Shown here piece by piece: positions 26,554-40,002 of a stretch of 48,765 nt of DNA. The stretch covers positions 1-48,765 of the forward strand of contig NOWV01000321.1 of the NCBI GenBank assembly GCA_003344405.1, read 5' to 3'. Source of the DNA: Trichoplax sp. H2 (lineage: Eukaryota). The position numbers and the translations under genes are program-made. The stretch's first letter is position 1. The number at the start of each line of letters is the position of its first letter. Below the pieces are notes generated by a model. That model was not told the DNA's origin. It worked only from the letters and a program-made list of their open reading frames with translations, and ran no database searches.

Positions 26554-27525
26554 GAATAAATAATATGAAAAGGTGTTGACTTGAGTTTTACGTACCTAAG
26601 CATAATATTATCAATGCTTAGACAAAATTGCGATTTTTATTCTAAATAATACGTTTATACAATGTGCCCTATCAATTCCTATATTGATCTAATTTAGCAG
26701 CTCATAGAAATGGTTACTAGCTCTTAAAGATCATGAAAGATAGAATGCAATATGATATAAGGTGGCGTCCTAGCACAATGGCCCGACTTGTATATCCAGT
26801 ACTTGTTATCAAATGATTACAAGCTACTGTAACTTCTTTTTCAATAAAATCAGTCTTTATTAGCTTCTGTACTATATTTACGAGTTCAAAAGCATATTGA
26901 GAGAAAGGTAGAACAGTTACTCTATTCAAATATCTTAATTAAGCTTGTAGCTTTTACTAATGAAAGATGCGGTGTTATGCAAATGAACAAAACATCTTAA
27001 GATATGGTAGATAAATTGCTAAATCAGTTAGCTTAAGCTGTAGAAGGCCTCGATTAGACAAGATATCATAGAGGATAGTATATTGTCTGTTTTCAGAACG
27101 AATTACCTTTAAGTATTCAATACAATTTTACTTATCTATTGTAAGTAACAGTGTGATAGAGAATATCTTCAAGAATTACGTCTTAGCAAAATCTTGTTGA
27201 ACGTATTATATATAAGCGTACTGTAAATCTTTCTACTGTTCTATATTACTTGCGTCTGCCGTTCGATTATACTGTAACTATGGATAAATTATCAAATGCC
27301 TTATAGAACTAGCGTAAAGTTGTAATATTTAGGAGACTAGAATTTGTAGACTATACCTAAGTTTTAAGAATATTATGCCAATAACTGATTCTATCTCGCG
27401 CAGGTACGCTAGGCAGAATCGCTGGATGAATTTTGCTATCAGTCTTATATCAACGTAAGAATTTTTCCTGTCATAATGTATCGCATTTGGAAAGCAATGT
27501 AAAAATAAGATAGAAATTGAATATA

Positions 27526-27699
27526 CTAGCCAAAAGATAACCTACTTTTAAATGTATCCTTCATATCGTTGAAGTAAGTGGAGAAGATTTAAATCAATTT
27601 GACGGAGCTTGAACAAATGTATTTTTGTAGAATGAAATTCTCGATCGGCTTTAACTTCAAAGCATAAAATGTACTTTATAGAATTGTAAAAAGTTTTTC
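27526..27699 (-). pseudogene. Terminal-exon paralog of the 8653-8456 exon, with two in-frame TAA
   Basis: EKLFTIL*STFYALKLKPIENFILQKYICSSSVKLI*IFSTYFNDMKDTFKSRLSFG*. FSTYFNDMKDTF versus FTRFIDDMKDTF, with synonymous differences (AAG/AAA, GAT/GAC) in the DMKDTF core. Confidence 0.7.
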
Positions 27700-30600
27700 C
27701 TAAAGATAGCTGATTGATCTAATATTCTATTTGATATAGAAAAGGAACTGAAATGATGAAATGCGGAACGCAATCATCCTTTTATGCGCTAGCGAAATGA
27801 GAAGATGTGCGTAGGATTGCATAAAGGAACCGGAAGAATTGCTACAGTATCGTACTCATCCGCATAGCAGTTGAGAGAAACAAAAAGAATATTCGATAAG
27901 TGTAAAGCAGCATTATTGTAACAACCAATAATAGAATAGATAATTAAATTACTGTAGATAGGTTTTAGATCTGCATCAAGTAAAAAAGAAAAGGATATCA
28001 TATTAAATCTTATAGAAAATAAGTTATCTTTCTATTCAAATAACAACTTATAGGACTGCTTAAAACATGCTTTGTTAACGCAAAATAAACATAATCACTA
28101 TGACACAGTGAGCATATTGATTTTCTTCAATAGCACTCTCATTTTTTCCACTCTCTCTCTCTGTAAAACATTGTCATCGATATAATAGATTAGTTATGTC
28201 CTCATTGGATAATATCTTACATTGACGATTATCTTTATTGAATTAGTCCAATATTGCTTAATTAACTGGTTATCCAGACTAATCTGATCAAATAATAGGA
28301 CTCCATCCAAATTATCAGGATCAACTTTCGTCTTAAAATTACGTATGTTACGCCAGAATTATTTATAATTTGACTGTAATGGTGCAATATTTTTTCCTAG
28401 GTAATTGATTCAATAAATAAATGTCAAGGGAATTGTTCCATTCCGTATATATCTATTGAATTATGCCATCTATGATCGTATCTTAAAATGAAAGCGGCTG
28501 TTTCTTTTTGTTTTGAGTCGCATTTACAAAATAGTTTAATTTAGTTATGACGTCAAATTAAATCATATGCATTAGTTTCACAGTGCGCGGCTCATGAACT
28601 TTTCCTTGATTAGTTAATTTGATAACGCATTATCTGGATTTTACATTAACAATGCTATTCAGTCCATATCAGCGATTGTTTAAATTACGGGAAGAATTAG
28701 ATAGGGAAACAATTTAAATGTCAATACTACGTGAGAATTGTTCATAATAATCAGCGGCTTGTAATACACCCAAGTATATTACATGCAGCCATAATATAAT
28801 TCTATTAGAGCGGAAAGAAAACTCTTCTTATGGTATACATCTTACTCATTGAAGCTGATGATTCAGTTCTGCTAAGTAGATTCAAATCGTTGATTTTTTT
28901 CTAAATCATTTAATTTTTCTTTATCTATTTGATTACGACAGTAACTTCTCAGGTCAACATTGGTAAAAGCGCTTTTGCTATTAAAATCTTACTACTACCG
29001 ATAAGTTAGCAATAAACTAATAGTAGCTGTTTCTACTGCTAATTTGGGAACATTCCAGCTGAAAAATTTTAAAGCGGTTAAAACGAATCAATGCTGTCCA
29101 TAATAATTTAAATGTTATGCTATTCTAAAGGTATAATAAGTTTTCTATTTATGCAAACCAATTAACTTGTTTATGAATTTAGAATTACCCATCGGAAGTA
29201 ATAAAGGAAAGTAGAATGTTATCTTTCAATTTTAAACAGTTTAGTATATGAATTAGTAGCCATCGTCATCAGGAACTGAATTTATCCCACTTTATAACCG
29301 TAATTCGTGCAAGTTTAGTCCAGTTCTAGTGTATGCGTATGTTTCTCTAATTAGATCTTATTATCATTGCTACATCGGTATTGATTATTAGCGAGGCATG
29401 CTAAATTGTCAATTATTGACTATAGTGCTCCGTATCGGGTTTATTAATATATTATTATTAAATGAAAATTGAAATTTGTTTACAAATGGTAAAAATAGTT
29501 GGTGAATAAGGTTTGCTGGTCATGTACTGAATGTATTTATAATTACTTTTTGCCTGACAGATGTACTTTTTTCGATGTTTGTATAAGTTTATGATAATAC
29601 ATATATATAAACTGTACGAACGCGTAATCTAAAAGCCAGACACTGACCTATCATGTGTATGTGACCATTGTAACAATTGTTTGAACTTTGATTTCTAATC
29701 TGTACTCATGTTTTATTAACAAAATTCAAAATATTTATACATTACCTACCTAATGTTTTAGCGAATATAATCGAATTGATTTAAATTAAAAAGTTAGTCA
29801 CTATCAAAGCGTTAATTTTGCTCTTAAAATGTATTGCTAAATGCTAATGTAGCCGTTTTAGATAATGTAACTTTCTCGTGTAAGTCAATATTCAGATCTA
29901 AGGGGTATAGATACCTTTTAGCTAATAATATATCTTGCGTCAGCTTTAATTATCTGCCCACTAGCACTTAGGTAGTGTCTTACATACTACCTATCAGTAT
30001 GAAACATTTTGTAACTACGAATAAGAATTTTTTTAAAGAAGCATTTAAATTAATCCAGTTTTCGTGCCATTTAGTAGGAAACAGAAAATTATAGAATTTC
30101 ATCAAATATGTTCGGTTAATATCTTCAGCTATAAAGAAAATAGCCTATAATTCTATATATAGCAGGCGAAGAAAATATTCAATCTGAATTCATTTTCATA
30201 CTCATTCAAACAATGATAAAATACGACACATCGTACTGCTTATTTCAATATGATCTTTCAGCTTTGGCAGCTCTATTTTAGAGAGATTCTCAGTTTCAGC
30301 CGCGGTTGAAACGGTTAAATCTCTCCTACTGATTTCGCTAAATAAAATAGTAATTATATAATTTCATTTATACTCGATCAAGAATTTTCGATTACGCAAT
30401 AACCGAAATAGTTTACTATAAGACAATCCCTCAGATATTTCCTACAAGCAGCACATAATATTCGACAACAATGCTTATCGCAAGTAAAGCGAATTGTTAT
30501 GCCAGAAATGGTAGCAACGTCATTAAGTTCATTTATTTGTCTACAATAGCATTCTTTGAAACTGTTTTTTGTAAATTAGCTATTTATTTAAGTCATATAT

Positions 30601-31039
30601 GTTAAGAAGTAAATGAGCGAACGTTATTTTCACAGCCGTAAATTAATTATCATCCCATTACACAATTTGATCATATTACTAATATCAAAGATATATAAGT
30701 ACGCAACGCTATTTTAAATCCAACATCAACAATTATTTAAAAAAATCTATCGCACTTAACTTTATACATTACATTAACTGGATTAGCATCACGCATTTTA
30801 GCATTCGCCGATTGTAATTTAAATAAGTACTGTATATCTTCAGTAAATTTAATTTTCAATACTTAAATTATTTAAAGTGAAGTTTATTTTAGCTACACTA
30901 GATAAACTGGTGGGCACGTGACTACTCGTATATATCTCTATTCTATACAAAGCTTCGAATACAATCCAGGGCGACAATATAAGTTTACTATAATGCATTG
31001 ATTAGTAAAAAAATTTATTATCATCTTTACTCTCAACAG

Positions 31040-31368
31040 CAATAGTAACCGTAATGTTGGCGACACACCCCGTATTTAAAATTTTCACCCATTTATGCAA
31101 AATATCATTCTATCTATTCTGCTTTCATTCATTATTCAGCGATATTCTGTGCCATCCTCTTACCAGTGAAATTTATGCTGTGTATTAGACCGAAGTAATT
31201 TCCAACTTGTATTTCAGAAAAGGTAGATATTTCAAATATCTAAATATAAAGATATATTAGGAAGATATGGCGTAAAATTTATTAATAACAGAATGTAAAA
31301 GGTATGCAAAAGTATCAGATTACTGTTACATGTTGCATTATTTTCAAGCAGGCTATAGGATAAATATG
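31040..31368 (+). pseudogene. Family signal/helix-A exon with three in-frame stops and no frameshift
   Basis: MLATHPVFKIFTHLCKISFYLFCFHSLFSDILC-HPLTSEIYAVY*TEV...RYFKYLNIKIY*EDMA*NLLITECKRYAKVSDYCYMLHYFQAGYRINM|gtaatt; phase-1 acceptor at 31040 and phase-0 donor. Confidence 0.55.
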
Positions 31369-31712
31369 GTAATTTACGAGGCAGTCTGGCAATATATTTA
31401 CACTAAAGGTAATACTGATTAAAAGTGTGGATAGCATGATTTTATAAACTCTTTAGTTTAAAATACGATACTGGAATGATTCATCTGTTTAAATTTGGCA
31501 ATTTGAAAGTTTTATTTTATGTACAGTTGCTAAGAAGTTCAAGCTGGTTGGAAAGCTGTATAAAATCAGGAAACAAAGATCTAGAAATTTATTCTTGACT
31601 TAGTGCTAATGGCTCGTTGTACATCAGCATGTAAATATAAACTTGCTATGTTCAGGATCGGTTCTGAATACTAAGTATACAATCTAACTGTTATTGAAAC
31701 TTGTTACCTTAG

Positions 31713-31868
31713 AAATTGATTTTCTTCTGCACTAAAATATGATAATGGTTAAAATTGCTTTTTTGTTAAATATGACGTAAATTTTTCATTCAAATTAAAT
31801 TTTCTTCTCTACTAAACAATGATGGTTGAAATCTGTCTTTTTATTTAATATTTCGTAAATTTTCATTA
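31713..31868. repeat. Degenerate ~80-bp tandem duplication (2 copies)
   Basis: ttttcttct..actaaa..atga(taa)tggtt.aaat...cgtaaattttcatt occurs twice in tandem. Confidence 0.65.
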
Positions 31869-33438
31869 TCATACGGTTTAATAGCATCATTAGTTCTGCA
31901 GTTCTTTTACTTAAGCTTAAATGCAGTTCCACTCAAGTAAATCGTTACAGGTAGTTAGGGCTAGGGTTAGGTAGTGGAATACTTGTAGGCTAATAAGTAA
32001 CGAAATAAATCTACTTACCACCTGATAGCAATAATATTATGATTATGTCAGGGAAATAAAAATATCTATAGCTATATCCTCATCAATAATGTCATCAAAT
32101 TAGTTCATTTGCATCATTTGAAATAAATGGACGGTTACCCGTTTTATTCTTTGTGCACTATCAATGATTTAAAAATGCAGAATCGGATAGACCACAATTT
32201 GATATTTATACACAAGCGTCTTTAATACTGTTATTATCTAAATATAAACAAGGAATTTTGGCCAAGCTGCAAGATTTTTTTAAGTTAGGTATTACAGTAA
32301 AGTATATATATCATGAGTATATTAAAATAATGATGAAATTTACGTAGTTGTTATTGGCTATTCTATTCTACTTATATAACGTTCATGGAGAGAATTAGCC
32401 ATGAATATTCTACAATTCTACCATTTGATGAGTGATTACGAAACATCATAATTACCTAACCATAAAAGCTCTCAGCCTAATTTTCTCATATTTTTTAATT
32501 AGTTGGTTGCAGGAGACGTTAATGCGTTGTTAAGACATTTCTAAGGGATAAATTATACAGTTTTGTGTTACTTTCAGTATTAAATATGACTACTAACTCA
32601 AAATTCCAAGATACTGAATTCAATCACTATTTTACAACATTTAATCTCATATAATTATCAGTCAACTATAATTTTAGAATAGTTTACTGAAGCAAAATTG
32701 GGGGTTTCTCATTGTATATATAAAACTGTAATACTTAAAATACTGTACACTGCGTACTGTACAGGATTATCCACCCGTCTTAACTTTTTTATTTATAACC
32801 TGATTACCTTACCATTATCTACGATTTACCAACATCTAAACTCCTGGTAATAGTAATTCGCATAAAAGCCAAAATTCACTACAGAATATCACTTTTAAGA
32901 TTTAAGTGATTAGCAAATTTCTCTATAGCGGGTAACTAGTTTCAATTACTATTTTAGTAATTTTTATATATAACAAAATTTAGTGTAGAATTCACTTAGC
33001 AATCTAAATCCTTGATATTTTTCCTTTAGTATGCTGATCACGTTTGTATATTTTAAAGATAGATATTGGTTGTTGATTTATTTATCTGTTTATTTAGTAA
33101 GTAAAGTTAAGAAAGTATAATTGGTTTAGATTAGCCCATTATCATAAATCATACCGGAACCTATTCAGCAATACAACAAATAATTCATTAATATTGCCGC
33201 TGAAATAAATTTATCTCCTTCGCTAGTATTATTGTAATCGTCGCAAACTAAATATCGTATTAGCTAACTATATATAGTGTCACTAAATATCATAGCTGAA
33301 CAAAGATCAAAACAGTAGTATTAAGTTATTCTGATGGCTTATATTTGTTAACAGTCTCATTCTTTCTTATTTATCGATTTAATATGATTATACAACACAA
33401 TAATCCTATTGATGCTGTTGTCTAGTAATCAAGTATTA

Positions 33439-34035
33439 ATGTCGTACTGTTCATCCGTTTTCTTTCTTAAAGTCGTTATTCCAGACAATATAATGTCTAT
33501 GTTATTAACATTTTAATAAAAAGATTATTTACGGTAATATTAAATGTTCAGTTGTTATTACGTTGAATAGATCATCGGTGATGCACAGTTGACAATTTTA
33601 GATTGCTTAAATGCATCATTTGATCACATTATTGATAGGGTGAAGCCATGTAAGAAAATACAAATATAATTATTAGTCTCTAGTCTTAAGACAGCAGATG
33701 AAGGCTTTCTTTTTTAAAACAGCTGCTTATCTATTTAATATTATTACCATGAAATTTCGAAATTTAATTTTGTTTTATTAAAGGAAATATTCTAAAATTC
33801 TCCTACGCTTATTTAATTTTATTATAGCTGTACATGATGGTTCGTTTTATATAATCAGCAATAGATAGGTAATGATTCCATACACTTACTTCAGCGCAAT
33901 CATAATACTGGATTAACGAATTAAAGTGGTAAAACGCTGCAAGAATATAAATTTGGCTATTTATGTAATCAAAACTGCATAGTCTATTTTAGATACTGCA
34001 ATTGGTGAAGTTGCTGAGCTATAACCAATATAGTT
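33439..34035 (+). pseudogene. Degenerate family paralog closest to G1
   Basis: TILDCLNASFDHIIDRVKPCKKIQI versus G1 HTLDCISKIERRNDFNLPLCYEFQI (same LDC-x14-C-x3-QI spacing). The next relic GYLCNQ..LHSL..DTAIGEVAEL resembles G1 GLHCNRSLQRLIEDSMGIITNL. Confidence 0.65.
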
Positions 34036-34891
34036 TACAAGAATAAGCGCAATATCTCCAATACGGGTCCTATTGATTAGATATATATATATAGATAAAT
34101 ATAATCATGTATTTCTGCACTTCTATAAGAGAGATATAATACAGTACCGGTACTATACCAAGAAGATGTTGATTTTTATTTGTCATGCTATAACACGCTA
34201 TTGGTGTGTTCGAAAGTAACATAAAAATGATTATATTAGTCTAAGCAATATCTGAAAGATAGAATTTGAACTTGTTTTTATTTGCGATTGACCATTATGC
34301 TTATTCAGTGAAAAATGAATTATCTCGTCTAAATAGCATAGCATACGACACGATAACTGGGATTGATGATAATTTTCTCATATTTTGCATGCAGTCAATT
34401 ATACAGCTTATGAATGAAAAATATACCTGTAATTAACTAGAGTAACTAATTCATTCATAATACTATATATAGTATTTCATTTTGGTATTACACGTATAGA
34501 AAAGAATATTTACTTCACAACGCAAATATCTCTAAAAAATTAACCAATTTTCAGAGTTCTAAGTAGCTGGTAAAATAAATGACTGGCAAGTATTTCTATT
34601 AATGCATCATATTTATCGTAATTTTTTATTTATTTTGCGACTGGTTTTCATTATATTCATACAGAACAATTGGCCAATCGGATAAATCCATTCTATTATA
34701 CGCAAGACGTAATACATATTAGTGAAATGTTTTCTTTAAGACTAAATTTATTTTTAATGGTGAAATAATGAACAAATACGAATTTTGCTTCAAACTGAGT
34801 TAATATACGCGTATACATACTTATATTAGAAGTTCAGAGAGAAGAAATGACCTTATAAAGTTGGCGAATTAATATAATATTCTTTAATCAG

Positions 34892-36262
34892 TAGTTAGCC
34901 AATCTATCCTGCTATCATTGCACCTAATAGCTACTGCTGTCGCTTTGCTTGGTCATTAATCAGTAGATACCACCTAACTTCATCAATAAAAGGATTTATT
35001 TCTAACGATAGATATTTCTTTAGCTAGTTACGACTGATTATCTGTGGATTAATGGCAAAATTAGATATTATAGTCGGCAGAATTAATGTCTAACACTTAA
35101 TCTAAGCGGTAAAATTACACCCTTTATCAATGAATTCTATACTCTCATACCCATTTAAAGCATAAAAAGGTATCTTAGATTTGGCTACGACAGGGTTACA
35201 CAACGTTATGTAATGTGTAGAGAGTGTCTCCAGGAAGTATCCTTCCTGTAGATATCAACGATTCCTTTCATGTGTATAAAAGAGAATATATGTTAGGAGA
35301 AACAATCAATTGGTTTAGCACAATTTTCTCTGAAGGGATCATAATATATTTAAAATTTCCGGCTTTAGTGTTTAAGTAAATACGGATGTGGCAACTAGGT
35401 TCATTCTTAAAAGAAACCTTGCGGTTTTCTTCAATTTACATTGGCTTATGATAGTAGTTAATTCTTCAGTTATATGATTGCGAGGTATTTATTTTTGGTC
35501 TTTTGTCTCTACAAGTACGCTGAAGTAGATTAATGCAGGCTTATGATAGCAATTTATGAGTAAAGAATATTTATTTGATTAATAAAACTAATATAACCTC
35601 ATCTTAATTTAAAATAAACTATCTATCTCCGAGGTATTATAAAAACAATTGGCTCAAGGAATAAAAGTAAAGCATCAATTTAGAAGTGACCATCAAAAGC
35701 AGTTTAAATAAAATAATACCATTGTATTATTAATGTATCACTATTGCTTTTCGTTGAAATAACTTTTCAACGCTATGGATTCATTTTTCCACAATTTCAC
35801 TAATTTAGTTTTTTGATGAGGATAATCCGCTACTATTAGTGTTAATAATTAATGTTGCTATGAATAGTATCTAATCTAAACATGATGAAATACCAAATGT
35901 TTAATGAATCCTGGAGATATGGTTAATTTTGGTTAAGAAGGTATATTCCTAGTTGGATCAGTGGTCAATCTTTTATTTAAAATTAAAAGGAACAAAAAGA
36001 AATTTTCTTTCAACTTTAAGCTGGCATCATCACCAGTGGTAATAGTGGTCTACTTGAAATTAACATAGTGACTTATATTCAACTCGACACGAATACATGT
36101 AAAATATTAATCGATTTAAGTTATTACTTTAAACTAATCTATTAATTTTGCGCAAGCATTCAATATGATAAAAGCATACATTTGGGTCAGATTACTACTT
36201 AGTGCGGCTTTATATTTCTAGTAGCTTCAGTTACCTTTAAATTTCTACATTTTAGTCCATGA
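34892..36262 (+). pseudogene. Degenerate family paralog
   Basis: Phase-1 acceptor then VSQSILLSLHLIATAVA. After a frameshift, RYFFS*LRLIICGLMAKLDII resembles G1 RYYYHDLRLMIDLTRHTLDCI. Terminal relic IQYDKSIHLGQITT (36158) resembles MQYDDTFFLWKNNTT. Confidence 0.55.
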
Positions 36263-36338
36263 TATACGACAATTGATATCGTATTTCTTTTTCGAATGCT
36301 ATACTTCGTACTATTGGAATAAAAATAACTATTTCCAG

Positions 36339-37535
36339 CCGCTAAATTCTGGTATATGATAGTTATAATTTTATGAAGCAGAAATTATCAAGATGTTGTA
36401 ATATTTCTAGCAATTTGAAATTCTCATCAATTCATATTAAATCAATTTTCCAGGTACACCTTTACCGAGAAGAATTAATTAATAGCCTTTATAATAACGA
36501 AAACAATGATTATATCACTACTCGTAATGCTATAATTTGGAATTAGATTATATCTTTGATTCTTTGATAATTTCTCCCTTTTTCATTTAGTAATTATATT
36601 AACAATTCTGTACGTACACAATGAATACTTTTGACGCAGAATTTTTTAACAACTTTTGGTACTAAGAGTGCATGAAACTAATTTATTCCTGAATAGCATT
36701 AAATATTTGTCAAGAGTTTGTTTTAAGCTAGGCGGAGCATCGATAGTAATAGGACAGCACTTGCGCAGTCAACTGAGCCTTATAGAGGTGAAAAATATTT
36801 ATAGCAAAATTTCATGGATTACAATAATATTATCTGTTGGACCTTAATTATTAAATGAAATATAACACTGGTAATTATCTTTCATTGCTAACGATCACTG
36901 CATTGTTAGCTATTCCTATCTAATTTCACAATTTTAAGCTGTTCAACTTTGCTTCAGGTTTTATTTCATAATACCTCAAAATTAATAAAATAGATTGGGA
37001 AGTAGGTAATCACATGATAAATTCTAACTTAGCTTGATGATAGTATGGTTAATGAAAACCCTTGAAAAGAGGAAGTTCCTTACAACGAAGCATCATTCAA
37101 CGCTTGAATAAACTTCATGATTATTTCACCTGCATGCGGTATCAATTATGTATTAGATTGTCATTATTCCTAATTAATTTTGTCATTTTAATTTCTGAAT
37201 ATCTATTTTAAAGTTTTAATCCTTTTCCTGGCAACTGAAGTACTTAATAATTTTCTATTGCATCCTTATTATTATTTCTTTTCTATTATCAATCAAATTG
37301 GTAGATAGCTACCAATTTTATTGAAAAGTGCGTGAGTGTATTATTACTTAAGTGATGATAGGCGTGGAGAATCTATCTGTAGTCAAAGTGACCATTCGCC
37401 TCTGGAATAAAGACTTAGAGTGAATCTTCCATGTGATTTGTGCAAACGTATCAAATTTATATTATAATGCTAATATTCTTAGTGTTATAGCAATCATTTA
37501 CAACAGTATCATATTGCTGGTGAAAATTTTTTGAT
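36339..37535 (+). pseudogene. Degenerate family paralog closest to G4
   Basis: Phase-1 acceptor then AKFWYMIVIIL*. LYREELINSLYNNENNDYITT resembles G4 KYLAEYRNSFPKDNDNEFEVT. Middle exon ~36640-36788. Terminal LYYNANILSVIAIIYNSIILLVK resembles G4 WYYNLVDYDSNLNAIFITLLLLRE. Confidence 0.55.
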
Positions 37536-37992
37536 ATATTTTTTAATGAGATTATATGAATACTTGAGTTAGGAAATAATTTTGAAATAGTTGATAGCTA
37601 TTAACTCACATGTAAAACGCCAATTGATCTTAACTAAGATATAAATTTTAGAGAAAACTATTCTAAATTTAATTGAATTATTATTTGCAATGAATGAAAA
37701 TTTAAACCATATCCTATAGTCCTTCCTTTACTGGAATAAATTACAATTTTAATTGCATATGCTTTATTATTTAAACTGAATAGATTAATTGGTACACCAT
37801 ATGTTATTCGAATGCTACTACAAAAGCAAGTAAAGAATGCATAAAATATTTTCCGGTCAGTCGTTATGTCTGTAATTAAAGTTAATTGCATTTAGTACTT
37901 ATAATTTTATCCTAATGTTCTTTAAAAAAATTCACTCCACACACAGACAATTAGCAAATCAAAATAAAAGTTCAAGGAGGGCAAAATATTTA

Positions 37993-38032
37993 CCAATTAG
38001 CTAGATAATCGGCCAATAAATTTCTATATAAA
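37993..38032 (+). promoter_or_regulatory. Candidate core promoter of G4 (two CCAAT plus TATATAAA)
   Basis: CCAAT at 37993 and 38013; TATATAAA at 38025-38032, ~80 nt before the ATG at 38111. Confidence 0.5.
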
Positions 38033-38110
38033 GGTTAACGAGGTGAGCTACCAAATCATTGTGACTTAGCCGTACTTTTGTTAACTTGAACTCAACACTA
38101 TTGGAATAAA

Positions 38111-39997
38111 ATGCCAGCCAAAGGTTTGTTTGTACTTTATCATTTGATACATTAACACGTCGTAAATTGTAAGTCGCCAAAGACCAGCTCAGCGTTACTA
38201 CTGCTTATTCGCCCTACGTTAAATTTCAAATTTCAGATCATGCTTAGTATTTTATTTTTCGATCTTAAGAGTTAGACATTTAATCATTGAATAGTCAAAA
38301 GCAGTTTTTGTTGAATATCTAATCTATAAAATAATCTCTTATAGCTAAAACTATCTTAATAATCTGGAATGCAATACTCGTTTGCTTTTGTTGGTATTGC
38401 GGTGCTAAACCTGTTCAACCATCAACGAAAGATGGATCTGTCCTCGACGTCCTCGATATCGTCAATGGCCAACTACGTGACGTCCAAATTATTGTTGGCA
38501 AGTACTTAGCTGAATATCGCAACAGCTTCCCCAAAGACAACGATAACGAATTTGAGGTTACATGTTGCCAAAAAATTACAATCATATCGCATGATGCGCT
38601 GGTGAGTATCCTAAATCCAACTAAATATTCATTTTACTTTATTTTATCTTCGTTTTCATTTAAACAGCACTATCATGATCTGTTCTTCTGATAGATCATG
38701 ATTATTTAGTGGTAATCAATTAAATCTTATAAAATACTATCACTACATTCCAATGATACTTTTAATTGTGAATACACACTCTCTCTCTTACTAATTATCA
38801 TACTATACACGTGCAACCAATTTGTATTTTGGTACTGAATTTTACAATTACCAAATATTGCTCTTTAGTTTTGTCAGATATGATCCGTTAATTATGCCAA
38901 AAACGATGCTATAATCTCTGACAATATTGGCAATAAATTGTGCTGTACTATACATTATTATTTTTTCGCCGTTGTTTCCTCTTTGTCTTAGTACAACTAC
39001 ATAAAATAACCACATAAAATACCATTATTATTTATTGTAAGAGTTTTCGCTAAGGCTATTTGATGACGCCTAATTCCAGAAATTATTGTAATAATTTTGT
39101 ATCTTTGCTCTCTTTAATCTACAGTCTTCACCATGTCTACGATTGAAAAAGCTCGTCAAGAATTTATTAGAATTTTCACGCCCTAATGGAAAATTTCAGC
39201 AGTTTATTATGCAAGGCAAAGTGCAGAATAATACCAAATTATTGTTAAAAATTCAATATTTACTTGACAAGACGAAAATTCTATATGAGAATTTCCTCTA
39301 CCTCGTAAGTCAGCTAAAATTTAAAAATAAACATTTATAACAGATTACTACTGCATGATTGCAATACTACAGCTTACGAAGTTATACCGTAGATTTAAAA
39401 GTATAGTATCATATTAACTTGTAGGATTTGCTATTTCAAAATACTTAGCGTAACTTAACTAAAGACTAACTATTATAATAAAATTTTGCTTATACTTTAC
39501 TTAGTTTAGCTTTGATCGGCGTTCAAATGTGAATAAAATATTTAGAAAGCTAGAAGTAAGTAAAACCGGTATCGTTCATTTTTGCTAATTAATCAATGAT
39601 TGTGTTAAGGAAAGAATTCATTGTCGTCTCTCAGTAAAAACCATAAATGTATTCATTTTAATTGAATCAATCAATATGGTTAAATATCAATGAAAAAATG
39701 CCGCTATTTAAATACTAGCATTTATTAGTATGTCAAGAAAAAAATAAATCAATAACGTTATCGTTCTATATTTTTTCATCATAGACTACACAGCCATCAC
39801 TATCATCAAATAGTAATAATCAACCTAAAGACATAAATACAACGACAGCGCCTTCGATCGAAAATGATCAAAATTTTATGGATGAATGGTATTATAATCT
39901 CGTCGATTATGATAGCAACTTGAACGCCATTTTTATAACATTGTTATTACTACGGGAAAGTGTCGTCACGGAAGGACGATTAGATTGTCGTCGATAG
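38111..39997 (+). CDS. Intact 4-exon secreted helical (long-chain four-helix cytokine-like) protein, 220 aa (family copy G4)
   Basis: Exons 38111-38123, 38345-38601, 39125-39304, 39785-39997; phases 1,0,0; donors gtttgt/gtgagt/gtaagt; AATAAA ~40007. Translation: MPAKAKTILIIWNAILVCFCWYCGA-KPVQPSTKDGSVLDVLDIVNGQLRDVQIIVGKYLAEYRNSFPKDNDNEFEVTCCQKITIISHDAL / SSPCLRLKKLVKNLLEFSRPNGKFQQFIMQGKVQNNTKLLLKIQYLLDKTKILYENFLYL / TTQPSLSSNSNNQPKDINTTTAPSIENDQNFMDEWYYNLVDYDSNLNAIFITLLLLRESVVTEGRLDCRR*. Confidence 0.88.
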
Positions 39998-40002
39998 AAA
40001 TT

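Noticed and set aside
31954..31971. Telomere-like GTTAGGGCTAGGGTTAGG
   Set aside because: Only about three imperfect units at an internal position; too short to call a telomeric array, and no element boundaries were found.
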